This document shows positions 26,707-34,986 of a DNA stretch of 49,654 nucleotides, one piece after another. The notes below the pieces were generated by a model. The model was not told the DNA's origin. It worked only from the letters and a program-made list of their open reading frames with translations, and did not search any database. How positions within the stretch are numbered: position 1 is the first letter of the stretch; each line of letters starts with the position of its first letter. Origin of the DNA: an uncultured bacterium (GTDB lineage Bacteria > Fidelibacterota > Marinisomatia > SCGC-AAA003-L08 > D37C17); contig CAZHKH010000001.1 in NCBI GenBank assembly GCA_964532515.1, positions 1 to 49,654 on the forward strand. The letters are read 5' to 3'. Both the position numbers and the translations under genes were made by a program.

Positions 26707-28305
26707 TTATTTCCCTAGTATTCCCTTTGCATAGTCAATGCTTTCAGATGTAATCTTTTGGCCACTTACCATGCTAGCTAATTCAGTTATTTTAGATTTT
26801 TCATCTAAAGTTTCCGCTATACAATTTGTCCTGTCTGCAACAACTTCTTTATAAACCTTGAAGTGTCTATCTGCTTTTGATGCTATTTGAGATAAATGCG
26901 TAATGCAGATGACTTGATTTTTAAATGATAAAGTTTTGATTATGTTCCCAATACTATCTGCTTCTTTTCCAGATAGGCCCGCATCAATTTCATCTAAAAT
27001 AAATAATTTCCTTTCAACAGATGAATTGATAGAAAGTTTGATAGCCATCATAATTCTAGATAGCTCTCCCCCTGATACTATTTTTCCTAAAGTTGAAAGT
27101 TCCTCCCCCTGATTAGTCCTAATGTAAAAAACACATTTCTCAACACCCATCTTGTTTAATTCAAAGTCACCCAAATCTACAAAGAAATCAACTTTATCCA
27201 TACCCATCGCTTGCAGATCATTTTTAATTTGGCCTGATAATTTTCTAGTTGCCCCTTTTCTATTATCAAATAGCTTTAATCCAACAACTTTCAATTTTTC
27301 TTTGATTTGATTTTTCTGATTATTTTTTTTATTAATTAGAGAATCTAAATCATTAGAATTTTCTAATAATAATTTCAGTTTATTTTTATGCTGAATAACA
27401 GAATCTACCGTTCCACCGTACTTCCTTTTTAATTCATTGATGCTTATAAGTCTACTGCTTAGCTCTTCTATTTCAGATTGGTTGTAATAAAACTCCTGAA
27501 GAAGTTTTGATGCTTCAAATTTTATGTCTTCAAATTCAGACAAAAATTGATCTAATCTAATCGAAATATTTTTTGCATCCTCTGAAGTTTCAGATAAATC
27601 TGACATTAAATCAATGCTTTCATTTACTGTTTTTATGGAATCAGAGGTCCTATTGTTTAGATTAGATAGCTTATAAAGAGTTTCATAGGATTTTTTATTC
27701 TTTTTAAGCGAAGATATTTTTTCTTGTAACTCAATATCCTCATTAAGATTCATATCTATTGACTCTAGCTCTTGAAATTGAAATTCATATAATTCTTTGT
27801 TATTAATAAAATCTTCAGAGCTTCTCTTGAGTTCAGATATTTCATTTTTTAACAGTATGTAGTCATTATACAAAAGTAGGTATTTTTCATATATATTGCT
27901 TGACTTAGAAAAAAGATCAAGATATATAATATGATTGCTCTCATCAATCAAAAGCTGTTGTTCATGCTGACCATATGATTCCCAAATATCATTAGTAAAT
28001 TCTATATAATCGGATAACTTCGTTGCCTTATTATCAATATAGTTCTTTGTGGATCCTTTTCTAAAAACACGAAGTAGTTCATAGTCTTTTCCATCTATAT
28101 TAACAATCCCTGACAGCTGACACTTATCTTTCCCGTTTCTTAAATCATTTTTATTAAATCGTCCACCAAACAAATATGTGATAGATTTATAAATTATTGT
28201 TTTCCCAGCCCCTGACTCCCCTGTTATTATATTAAATGAATCAGAGAAATTAATCGTTAGGCAATCAACTATAGCAAGATTGGTTATTTTAAGTTTTTTT
28301 AACAT
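26707..28305 (-). CDS. recN: DNA repair protein RecN
   Basis: 532 aa. Walker A ITGESGAGKT, long coiled-coil middle, SGGELSRIMMAIK signature, LDEIDAGLSG Walker B. Confidence 0.85.
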   Translation of the reverse strand: MLKKLKITNLAIVDCLTINFSDSFNIITGESGAGKTIIYKSITYLFGGRFNKNDLRNGKDKCQLSGIVNIDGKDYELLRVFRKGSTKNYIDNKATKLSDYIEFTNDIWESYGQHEQQLLIDESNHIIYLDLFSKSSNIYEKYLLLYNDYILLKNEISELKRSSEDFINNKELYEFQFQELESIDMNLNEDIELQEKISSLKKNKKSYETLYKLSNLNNRTSDSIKTVNESIDLMSDLSETSEDAKNISIRLDQFLSEFEDIKFEASKLLQEFYYNQSEIEELSSRLISINELKRKYGGTVDSVIQHKNKLKLLLENSNDLDSLINKKNNQKNQIKEKLKVVGLKLFDNRKGATRKLSGQIKNDLQAMGMDKVDFFVDLGDFELNKMGVEKCVFYIRTNQGEELSTLGKIVSGGELSRIMMAIKLSINSSVERKLFILDEIDAGLSGKEADSIGNIIKTLSFKNQVICITHLSQIASKADRHFKVYKEVVADRTNCIAETLDEKSKITELASMVSGQKITSESIDYAKGILGK

Positions 28306-28615
28306 ATTTATATAATAAAACAGTTATGATTCCAACGGCTAAGCCCAGATAATCAAAATACATATCTATGGGATCAGCTCGCCTATTATCAATATATTTC
28401 TGAATAAACTCTGTAATTATTGGAATTATCAGTACAATGAAAAGTTTAAATGATATGGCTCTTTTATCACCAATTACTGATAAAAATCCTATAATAAAAT
28501 ACATAATAAAATGTATATATGAATCATAATGATATAATTTGTAGACTAAGTCAATATAGACGGTTGAAATGAAAAAAATAATAAATAGATTCATTATAAA
28601 GAATATGTTAATCAT
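28289..28615 (-). CDS. VanZ-like small membrane protein
   Basis: 108 aa, 3-4 TM helices. ITEFIQKYIDNRRADPIDMYFDYLGLAVG fits the VanZ-family E..Q.....R.....D.....G motif. Confidence 0.55.
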   Translation of the reverse strand: MINIFFIMNLFIIFFISTVYIDLVYKLYHYDSYIHFIMYFIIGFLSVIGDKRAISFKLFIVLIIPIITEFIQKYIDNRRADPIDMYFDYLGLAVGIITVLLYKYVKKT

Positions 28616-30110
28616 TTTTTCTATCTCTAAAGAAGCTTTGAGCTTTTGGAATTTGAGAAATCAAATCACTCGCTATAATATTTTGAATATGATTTTTTGA
28701 ATAAATTGATGATATGTATGCGTGGATATAGACCCCTATTATGGCCGCATCAAAAATCTTATAGCCACTTGAAACATATGAAGAAATAATCCCCGTTAAA
28801 ATATCTCCAGTCCCAGCAGTTGAAAGAACTGAAGTTCCCTTATCTACAATATATTTATTATTATTGCCATCAACTATAATAACATTGGGTCCTTTCAAAA
28901 CTAAAATTCTTTCTCCTAAATGTTTTGATATCTCGCTAAGTATGCTGATTGTATTATTCATTAATTCATCTTTAGATATTTTAAGTATTTTAGATAGTTC
29001 ATTATAATGAGGTGTTAAAATTGATTCCTTTGGTATTTTTGAGAATTTATCATGTTTATAATTAATTACTTGCAGTGCTGTTGCATCAATAACACATTTA
29101 TTTTTATAACTCAATAAAATTTTCTTAATGAGATTTAGAGATTCTTTTTTTGTAGATAGGCCTGGCCCAACCATTAAACAATCACTCCAATCATAAAGCT
29201 TCTCAATATCCTTAAAGTTTTCTTCTCTTAAAAACCCTAATTTCTCATCATTCAATGGATAATCAACTGACTCTTTTAATTGAGAAAAAATATCTTTCAA
29301 TGAGTATGGATAGGCTTGCTTTAATAGTCCTGTACCTGATTTTATTGCAGCTAAAGCACTAAGCATCGCTGCTCCAGTGTATTTAGAAGAACCACATAAA
29401 GATAAAATTTTACCTTTTTTGTATTTATCAGATTGCAGGTCAATTGGCTTAAGCAAGGTGGAAATATCTTGATCCTTAAGCAAGAACACTTGATTATTTA
29501 TTTTATCTTCTGAATGCCCGATATTATAAATAAATAAATTTCCAGTTGATTTGTACCCATCAGATAAATAATGAGCATATTTAGGGTATGTAAATGTTAT
29601 CGTTTCAATAGAATTTAAGCATACTCCTGAAGAAGAACCTGAATCTGCATATATCCCAGATGGTATATCAATAGAAATAATTTTCTTATGTTTGGTCATT
29701 TTTTTCAAAATAGATAAATAGAGTCCTTTAACTTTTCTATTTAAGCCTGTGCCAAATACTCCATCAACGATATAATCATACTTTGATAGCTCTAATCTAT
29801 TGGATGGAGTTACAAATAGAGAATCCTCTAAATATGATTTATCAATTTTATCGGGGTCAATAATCATTAAAGTAGAGTCTATGCTATTTTTATTTAAGTA
29901 GCTATTGCAAATAATTGCATCTATTCCATTATCTCCAGCGCCTGCAATACATAAGAAGCTTTTATTAAAGGGATCTTTGATTTTTTCAATAATATGATAT
30001 GCTACAACTTTTCCCGCATTATTAACTAAATCACTTTTTGAGCTAATGCCTTCTTTAATTGTATCTATATCTAAGTTTCTTGATTCTTGGGCGCTAAGGA
30101 TGCTAAGCAT
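28608..30110 (-). CDS. nnr: Bifunctional NAD(P)H-hydrate repair enzyme (epimerase + ADP-dependent dehydratase)
   Basis: 500 aa. The YjeF-N part has CIAGAGDNGIDA and DGVFGTGL. The C-terminal carbohydrate-kinase part has GPGLS and LSTAGTGDILTGII. Confidence 0.85.
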   Translation of the reverse strand: MLSILSAQESRNLDIDTIKEGISSKSDLVNNAGKVVAYHIIEKIKDPFNKSFLCIAGAGDNGIDAIICNSYLNKNSIDSTLMIIDPDKIDKSYLEDSLFVTPSNRLELSKYDYIVDGVFGTGLNRKVKGLYLSILKKMTKHKKIISIDIPSGIYADSGSSSGVCLNSIETITFTYPKYAHYLSDGYKSTGNLFIYNIGHSEDKINNQVFLLKDQDISTLLKPIDLQSDKYKKGKILSLCGSSKYTGAAMLSALAAIKSGTGLLKQAYPYSLKDIFSQLKESVDYPLNDEKLGFLREENFKDIEKLYDWSDCLMVGPGLSTKKESLNLIKKILLSYKNKCVIDATALQVINYKHDKFSKIPKESILTPHYNELSKILKISKDELMNNTISILSEISKHLGERILVLKGPNVIIVDGNNNKYIVDKGTSVLSTAGTGDILTGIISSYVSSGYKIFDAAIIGVYIHAYISSIYSKNHIQNIIASDLISQIPKAQSFFRDRKND

Positions 30111-30480
30111 TATTTAGGATCGCAACTGAAATCGCGTGGGTAGATGTGTGTGATATAGAAATATCTATATTCTGCAATTTATGATATTGCATCTTAACAG
30201 GAAGATATCTATCATCTATATATGGTCTTCCATTTTTATCATTTATTATATTGATTTTATTAAACTTGAAATACATATTTTCATATTTCCCTGATAAAGC
30301 TTTTAGGGTAGCTTCTTTTGCAGAAAATCTGCCTGCGAAATGGATTGAAGGATCTCTATGTGAATTGCAATATTCAATCTCTTCAGGAGTAAAAATTTTA
30401 GTTAAAAATTTAAAATCATATTTATCTATTAATTTACGTATTCTATCAACTTCAACAATGTCTGTGCCTACTTTATTCAT
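30103..30480 (-). CDS. acpS: Holo-[acyl-carrier-protein] synthase
   Basis: 125 aa. VGTDIVEVDRI, FTPEE..Y, FAGRFSAKEATLKAL, ISISHT. Confidence 0.85.
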   Translation of the reverse strand: MNKVGTDIVEVDRIRKLIDKYDFKFLTKIFTPEEIEYCNSHRDPSIHFAGRFSAKEATLKALSGKYENMYFKFNKINIINDKNGRPYIDDRYLPVKMQYHKLQNIDISISHTSTHAISVAILNNA

Positions 30481-31156
30481 TATTATTTGAATTAACTATT
30501 TCAATAATTTCACTTATATCATCAAGATCATAGTCAGCTCCAGAGTGCTCAGTCTTAAACATATCTCCATATCTTGCAAATGCTGTTTTCATATTTAATT
30601 TTTTAGCACCAATAACATCCCTCTCTGGCCAATCTCCCACCATAAGTATGTTTTCTGGAGTTAAAGATAAAAGATTAGAAATTTTAATAAATGGCTCTGG
30701 AGAAGGCTTTCTGCATCCAGTATCATCAAGAGTAACAACTGCATCAAATAGATGATGCATACTAACTGAATACAAGCGAATCCAAGCCTCTCTACTAGGA
30801 GCATCAGTGAGAACGCCTAATTTCAACCCAAGTTTTGATAGTTTGATTAGAGTATTATTAACATTAGGGTATAAAACCATCGTTGCATCTTTAATTTTCC
30901 TATATGAAACAATAGCTGCAGCTAAATATTTGTGTTCTAAGTAGCCACAGGACTCTATAATAAAATCATCAAAAACTTCTTGATATTCAAATCCTTTATT
31001 TTCATATATTTCATATATTTTATTTTTTGATTTTTGAAAGTCAATATCAAGGCCTGCTTCAATCATACCATTGATTCCAGCGTCTACTGACATAGATTTC
31101 ATTTTCATAAAATCCATTAGTGTATTGTCTAAATCAAATATAACTGCTTTTATCAA
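30473..31156 (-). CDS. HAD-superfamily hydrolase (subfamily IA, phosphatase-like)
   Basis: 227 aa. MIKAVIFDLDNTL (DxDxT motif I), LGVLTDA (motif II), VGDWPERDVIGA (motif IV). Confidence 0.75.
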   Translation of the reverse strand: MIKAVIFDLDNTLMDFMKMKSMSVDAGINGMIEAGLDIDFQKSKNKIYEIYENKGFEYQEVFDDFIIESCGYLEHKYLAAAIVSYRKIKDATMVLYPNVNNTLIKLSKLGLKLGVLTDAPSREAWIRLYSVSMHHLFDAVVTLDDTGCRKPSPEPFIKISNLLSLTPENILMVGDWPERDVIGAKKLNMKTAFARYGDMFKTEHSGADYDLDDISEIIEIVNSNNNE

Positions 31157-31179
31157 AGGGATCCTCTATAGAAATTATA

Positions 31180-32505
31180 TTATTTGCTCAGCAGGTCGAT
31201 CTCATACTTGGCACTTGCTCTCCAATCTTTATCTTTTATAGCTCTTTGAAAGGCACTTTTAGCACGTGATTTTTCTCCAAGATTTTTATATGCTATACCT
31301 AAATGAAAATTGGCTGCACCACCATTCTCTTTTATGTCTACGGCTAGTAACGCATAGTCCCTAGCTTCTTTATATTCTCCTTTGGAATTATATATATCAG
31401 CAATTAAATAAAGTGATTTATACCTCTTGCTAGATTTTTCTCCTAGTATATCAATTGTATTTTTAAAATTTTGAATAGCTTCATTTTTATTTCCAAGCTG
31501 TAAGTTTACAATTCCAAGCGTTTCATGTGCATAGTAGTAATCGTTCTTGAGATTGGCAGCCTTTTGAAGGGAAGCTCTAGAGGAATTTAAATCTTTCTTC
31601 ATCAATAATTTTCCTAGACGAAAATGAGCTTTATAGGAATTAGAGTCTACATTAATTGCTTTTCGATAATATCTCTCTGCGCTATCAGCATCCCTTTTCT
31701 TTTCAAAAATCGAGGCTAGCATCATCAGGGGTTGTAGCTGCTGTTGATTAAGATTTAAGCATTCCAATAGATATAATTCAGCTTGTTTATAGTCACGCAA
31801 AGAATAAAATGATTTAGCTAATTGAAAGTATGCCTGTGTGAACTCGGGATAATATGAAATAGCTTCAAGATATTTTGGAATTGCTGAATTGTAGTCTTGT
31901 CGCCTTGCATCTTGATCTGCTTCTGATGATATTGTTTGCGCTATTGAAAAAACAGCCTCCGCATATGAATGCTTATTTGGATTTATAGATATAGCCTTAT
32001 TTAAATTTATTATTGCAGCACTCCGATCTTTTAATTCTTTGTATACCATACCTAATCCATAATATGGAGCGGCTCTTTCTGGAAAACGCTCAATTATTTT
32101 TTCATAATCCTCAATTCCTATATTATACTTTTCTTTTTCTACCGCTCTTTGTGCACTCTTTAAAAATTCTTTGTAGACTGTCAGAGAATCAGACAAATCA
32201 TAATAATTTCTTTTTCCATCTATTTGAATTGCTCTGTTTAGATGTAGATTAGCGCAATCTAAATCATCATTAGCTAGACATAAAATATACATCCCAAAAT
32301 GAATTTCTGAGTCTGGACTATAAAAATTACTCTCTATCAGATTGTTTATGACTGTAAAATCAGAAAAGGTAGAAAAATCAGACTCTCGGAAAGTGTTAAT
32401 TGCTTCAATTTCAAACTCGGTTAAAGTATATATGTTGTCATTTGACTTTGAATCTTGAGAATAGATTAAAGCCATAAATAAAAATAAATAAAACATTTTA
32501 TACAT
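31180..32505 (-). CDS. Secreted tetratricopeptide-repeat protein
   Basis: Many TPR units (A..YY.LG..Y......A...L.KAI..NP). Start placed at ATG 32505 (MYKMFYLFLFMALIYS signal peptide, GGAG 6 nt upstream). ATG 32517 is an alternative. The track start at 32565 runs into the tRNA. Confidence 0.75.
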   Translation of the reverse strand: MYKMFYLFLFMALIYSQDSKSNDNIYTLTEFEIEAINTFRESDFSTFSDFTVINNLIESNFYSPDSEIHFGMYILCLANDDLDCANLHLNRAIQIDGKRNYYDLSDSLTVYKEFLKSAQRAVEKEKYNIGIEDYEKIIERFPERAAPYYGLGMVYKELKDRSAAIINLNKAISINPNKHSYAEAVFSIAQTISSEADQDARRQDYNSAIPKYLEAISYYPEFTQAYFQLAKSFYSLRDYKQAELYLLECLNLNQQQLQPLMMLASIFEKKRDADSAERYYRKAINVDSNSYKAHFRLGKLLMKKDLNSSRASLQKAANLKNDYYYAHETLGIVNLQLGNKNEAIQNFKNTIDILGEKSSKRYKSLYLIADIYNSKGEYKEARDYALLAVDIKENGGAANFHLGIAYKNLGEKSRAKSAFQRAIKDKDWRASAKYEIDLLSK

Positions 32506-32524
32506 AAAATTCTCCATTGGTTTG

Positions 32525-32608
32525 TGCTGAAGGCGGGACTTGAACCCGCACGAGATTGCTCTCACTGCCCCCTCAAGACAGCGTGTCTACCAGTTCCACC
32601 ACTTCAGC
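32525..32608 (-). tRNA. tRNA-Leu (anticodon GAG), type II, CCA not encoded
   Basis: The minus strand reads GCTGAAG TG GTG GAACTGGTAGA CAC G CTGTC TTGAGGG GGCAG TGAGAGCAATCTCGT GCGGG TTCAAGT CCCGC CTTCAGC A. This is 84 nt and all arms pair. Confidence 0.85.
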
Positions 32609-32613
32609 TATAG

Positions 32614-33051
32614 TTACTTTCCAGATTCTTCTAATGGAACTTTATCTGTCGCTGCTTCAATTTTATCTGTCGCTGCTTCAATTGCATTGGAAGCATCTGA
32701 ATTTTCAGTATCATCAGAACCGGCTGAAATCTCTGAGTTTAAAGTCTGATTATTAGACTGATCATTCTCAGTGGAATATTCAATACTTGATTCAACTGTA
32801 ATATTACTAGCTGATTTAGGATTATCTAAGTAATTCAAAAAAATTGCTAAACACATAAAAACAACAGCAAATATAGTTGTGGTCCGCAGTAGTAGCGAGT
32901 CAGCTCCTTGCCCACCTAGAGCTCCTTCCAAATAGCTATTTCCACCGCCGATAGAACCCATTCCACCAGTTTGACTTGTTTGAAGCAGGATAATACCAAC
33001 AAGTAGCAAGCATATAATAACAAAAATAAATAAAACTAATGAATACAACAT
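32614..33051 (-). CDS. secG: Preprotein translocase subunit SecG with extended acidic C-terminal tail
   Basis: The N-terminal 75 aa are SecG-like: two TM helices flanking the Gly-rich loop LLQTSQTGGMGSIGGG..GALGG. Canonical position after tpiA. About 70 extra Ser/Asp/Glu/Asn-rich residues follow. Confidence 0.8.
   Translation of the reverse strand: MLYSLVLFIFVIICLLLVGIILLQTSQTGGMGSIGGGNSYLEGALGGQGADSLLLRTTTIFAVVFMCLAIFLNYLDNPKSASNITVESSIEYSTENDQSNNQTLNSEISAGSDDTENSDASNAIEAATDKIEAATDKVPLEESGK
32642..32683. repeat. Perfect 21-bp tandem duplication (2 copies) inside the secG tail
   Basis: TTATCTGTCGCTGCTTCAATT occurs at 32642..32662 and again at 32663..32683 with no mismatch. It encodes IEAATDK twice. 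Confidence 0.9.
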
Positions 33052-33057
33052 AAATTA

Positions 33058-33798
33058 TCACCTCTCATTAAGTAAAGAATATATACTATAAAATTTATTT
33101 ACATCTAATGATGATGTCCCGATTAAAAACCCAGATACCTTTTCTAGGTCAATGATACTTGAACAATTAGAAGATGTAACACTTCCACCATATAAAATAG
33201 GAACTTTTATTGAAAATTCTTGCAATAAAAATTCACAAATCCAATTAACTACCTCGTTTATCTGATTATTGCTAGCATTAATGCCTGTACCAATTGCCCA
33301 TATCGGCTCATAGGCAACAACCAAATTAGCATTTTTTATATCAATATCAAAAAGGGCTGTTTTTAATTGACTTTCTAATATGGAAAAAGTTTCATTGTTA
33401 TCTCTTTGTGATTGGGTCTCACCTATGCATAGAATAGGGTTCAGGCCATTCTTAACAACAGTATTTAGTTTATCATTTACAATGACATCCTCCTCATTAA
33501 AATACTGTCGTCTCTCCGAATGGCCTAAAATCACCCATTTGCACTCAATTTCTTTAAGCATATCAATAGAAATTTCACCTGTAAAGGCTCCTTTTAATTC
33601 TTGATGTACATTTTGAGCACCAAGTTCTATGTTATTACTTAAAAGATTGTTTTTTATCTCATTTAATGAAGTAAATGAGGGACACAAAATAATTTTAGTT
33701 TTTGTCTTTTGCAAGTTTTTTTTCTGTAACTCTTCTAAAAATAGTTTAGATTCTAAGGTTGTTAAATTCATTTTCCAATTTGCTATGCAATACTTCAT
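33058..33798 (-). CDS. tpiA: Triose-phosphate isomerase
   Basis: 246 aa. IANWKMN, ILGHSERR, AYEPIWAIGTG, YGGSV. Confidence 0.9.
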   Translation of the reverse strand: MKYCIANWKMNLTTLESKLFLEELQKKNLQKTKTKIILCPSFTSLNEIKNNLLSNNIELGAQNVHQELKGAFTGEISIDMLKEIECKWVILGHSERRQYFNEEDVIVNDKLNTVVKNGLNPILCIGETQSQRDNNETFSILESQLKTALFDIDIKNANLVVAYEPIWAIGTGINASNNQINEVVNWICEFLLQEFSIKVPILYGGSVTSSNCSSIIDLEKVSGFLIGTSSLDVNKFYSIYSLLNER

Positions 33799-34985
33799 AC
33801 TTTTTCCATCTCTCTTAATGCAGGTAAATCTTTGCCAGATAATAATTCAAGAGAAGATCCCCCACCAGTTGAAATATGAGTAAATTTCATATCTGAGTTA
33901 AGATTATTAATTGCTGAAACAGTGTCACCTCCTCCAATGATAGTAGTTGCCCCACTTTTTTCTCCATGCTCTTCAATAGAGGTTGCAATTGATTGAGTTC
34001 CTGTTGAATAGTATGGAATTTCAAATAGCCCTAAAGGGCCATTCCAAACTATTGATTTAGCTGATTCTATAAACATTTGGTAATTAATGCAAGTTTCAGG
34101 TCCTATGTCAAGACCTATATCATCATCTTCTATAGAGTCAATTCTCTTGACTTCTATTGAATCATAGTTATTGATATCTTTTGCGCAGACAATATCTACA
34201 GGGAATTGAAGATTTACATTTTTCTTTTTTGCTTTTTCCATAATTTGAAGAGCTGTCTCCAACTCTTCATCTTCAACTAGTGAATTTCCAACATTATAGC
34301 CAATCGCCTTTTGAAAAGTAAATGCCATCGCCCCACCAATTAAAATAGTATCTGCTTTATCTATTAAATTATCAATTAATGCAATTTTACTACTTATTTT
34401 GGCGCCTCCAATTATTATCAATAGAGGTTTCTTTGGAGTTTCTAATTCATTTTTTAAATATTTAATTTCCTTGTTTATCAAGAACCCATACCCCTTTTCT
34501 TTGAAATAATCTAAAACTCCAATATTTGATGCATGAGAGCGATGCGCCGTTCCAAATGCATCATTAATAAAAACTTCTCCGTGCCTTGAAATTTGCTTGC
34601 TGAAGTTAGCATCATTGCTAATTTCTTCTTTATGAAAACGAAGATTTTCAAGGAGCAGGATTTCTTGAGGTTTAATATTTTCACTTATACTAAAAGCTTC
34701 ATCTGATATACAGTCATCAATAAACATTACCTCTTGATTGATTAATTCCTCTAGATGCCAAGATACTATCTCTAAACTATTTTCCTCACTAGGTACTCCT
34801 TTAGGCCTTCCTAGATGAGACATTAGAATGACTGATGCATTATTTTTTAAACAATAATTAATTGTTTCAAGACTTTGCTTGATTCTAAAATCATTACTTA
34901 TCTCACCATTTAAAATTGGTACATTGTAATCAACTCTAATTAGAACTCTTTTGTTTGTTATATTTATATTTTTAATAAAGTTCAT
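33795..34985 (-). CDS. pgk: Phosphoglycerate kinase
   Basis: 396 aa. RVDYNVP, MSHLGRPKG, LLENLRFH, FGTAHRSHAS, GGGDT, STGGGSSLE. Confidence 0.95.
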   Translation of the reverse strand: MNFIKNINITNKRVLIRVDYNVPILNGEISNDFRIKQSLETINYCLKNNASVILMSHLGRPKGVPSEENSLEIVSWHLEELINQEVMFIDDCISDEAFSISENIKPQEILLLENLRFHKEEISNDANFSKQISRHGEVFINDAFGTAHRSHASNIGVLDYFKEKGYGFLINKEIKYLKNELETPKKPLLIIIGGAKISSKIALIDNLIDKADTILIGGAMAFTFQKAIGYNVGNSLVEDEELETALQIMEKAKKKNVNLQFPVDIVCAKDINNYDSIEVKRIDSIEDDDIGLDIGPETCINYQMFIESAKSIVWNGPLGLFEIPYYSTGTQSIATSIEEHGEKSGATTIIGGGDTVSAINNLNSDMKFTHISTGGGSSLELLSGKDLPALREMEKV

Positions 34986-34986
34986 G

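Noticed and set aside
32506-32565. Track start of the TPR protein at 32565 (MRAISCGFKSRLQHKP..).
   Set aside because: Those codons are the antisense-independent read-through of the tRNA-Leu(GAG) sequence itself. The signal peptide begins at the later Met (32505, or 32517).
32540-32756. Two plus-strand ORFs (32540..32749 and 32556..32756) with repeated LSLLQ/SVAAS motifs.
   Set aside because: They are antisense to the tRNA and the secG tail. Their internal repeat is simply the 21-bp duplication read on the other strand.
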